64,000 nucleotides of DNA, taken from NCBI GenBank assembly GCA_963575745.1, contig CAUYUJ010000216.1, positions 1 through 64,000 of the forward strand, in the 5' to 3' direction. The notes under the pieces were generated by a model. It searched no databases. It had not been told where the DNA came from and worked only from the letters and a program-made list of their open reading frames with translations. This DNA is from Prorocentrum cordatum. Taxonomy: Eukaryota. This document shows, in pieces, positions 62,746 to 64,000 of the stretch. Position numbers and translations under genes: made by a program. Each line of letters opens with the position of its first letter. Within the stretch, counting starts at the first letter, position 1.

Positions 62746-64000
62746 TTTAAATGCGTTCGTTCCACTTCAACCAAGCATTGTGTTAGAATGCGTAGGAAGG
62801 CGCCCCGTATGCATTTCGGGATGGATTGCAGCGTCTGGATGCGGTTGTCGACCTCAGTCCGTATATCCACTGCATCGATATGCCGCCAGCCATCCGGCAG
62901 ACGAGCGACCCCAGGACGTCCTTGCATATGTGTTCCTCCCGATGTAGGTGGAAGGCGTGGTTCGGGGTGCCGTGGCGGTCGCGGTGGTGGAGTTTCACCC
63001 GATGTGGGTTGTGGTGGTCCTTCTGCGCGTCGGGTCGGAGGTGGACGTCGCTGTCGAAGACTGTCCGCCATGTAATTGCGTATATCTGGCGCCTTGTGCA
63101 ATCCCACAGTGATCGCAAAATACACTGTTTCCATACGACGAGCCGCCGTTGTAGCCTGCGCAATTTGATCCCGAAGCCGTTCTTGTAATCTGCCATTGAA
63201 GTAATTATTTTCCGCAAACACTCTGTTACGAGGGTCGTTCGCCGTTAACCATGCACACATCGACGCTGTGTCCGTAATGCCGATGTGTCGCATTCCAGTC
63301 CGCATGTGGTCAAAAGCTCCCCGTGCAGCACCCGCATCAACCAGCTCATGGAATGTGGGGAATTCGGCGACGAAATTTGTCAGTAAATTTTCCAACCATG
63401 ATACCAAAGGCACGTCATTTGCAAAAGATAGGCATTGAAATTTGACCATCTGTGTTGTTCAATGGTATTTTGCATAGCCGCGTCATCGGCTCCAGCTGGA
63501 ATGCGCCCCAGTAGACGTAGCAAGTTGTGGGCTGCTTGCACCGCGTCGGGCGGAGGTCGGACAGGAGCCAAATCAGGTTCGCTACGATCCTCTTCGTCAG
63601 AAGCCGCATCTCCCGGGTCTCCGTCGTCGTCGTCATCACTGCCCAGGTTGCTCGCCCCCCCAATGTCGCAAGCTAGCATGCCGTCGGCGGCGCTGATCTC
63701 GACGTGGGCCGCTGGATTGCCGGGTGGTGTAGGCCAGCTTCCCACGGGAGTCAGAGGTCTCGGCCCAAGGCCCAGTGCATTCAGAGCCTGCGTAATTTGG
63801 GAAGGAACTTCATTTTGAGCTGGGTGTGGACGTCCATATTCGCTGCGGGCACCGTCGACCGCGCGATTAGCAGCTGAGGTCGGTATGTCGTCGGGGCCGC
63901 CATCTCCGGGCGGGTTGCTTGGCATGGGCGGGGCAGAAGTTGGAAGGGCCGCCGGGCCGCGCGGAGGGGAGTTTGGTAGTGCCGGAGTTGGAGGAAGTGC
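62746..64000 (-). mobile_element. 5' part of a CRE-like element (copy C), running off the window end
   Basis: HRWSNFN, RMETVYFA, WRHIDAVDI and SIPKCIRGAFLRILTQCL match the N-terminal region of copy A; frameshift ~63430. Confidence 0.88.

Overview
Eukaryotic, GC-rich, transposon-dense DNA, almost certainly from a dinoflagellate nuclear genome. This is inferred from two relics of the 22-nt dinoflagellate spliced leader and a predicted GA-AG intron. No ordinary host gene can be supported. Contents: (1) an ~8.3-kb decayed APE-RT-RNase H LINE that starts exactly at a spliced-leader copy and sits in a (CCT)n array; (2) a family with short terminal inverted repeats (TIRs) and two duplicated Helentron-like non-autonomous families; (3) a decayed, intron-containing DDE/DxxH transposase-like gene; (4) several CRE-like RT-RLE non-LTR elements, nested in one another, with (CCT)n in their 3' UTR; (5) a complete ~17.95-kb Ty1/Copia element with 197-bp LTRs, a GAGGG target-site duplication (TSD) and a half-tRNA-type primer-binding site (PBS). 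The Copia carries ~8 kb of extra coding sequence after RNase H, including a Tpt1/KptA-like RNA 2'-phosphotransferase and an SGNH-like domain; this is the best candidate for an undescribed system. All domain calls were made by eye from motifs, not by searches, and domain boundaries are approximate.
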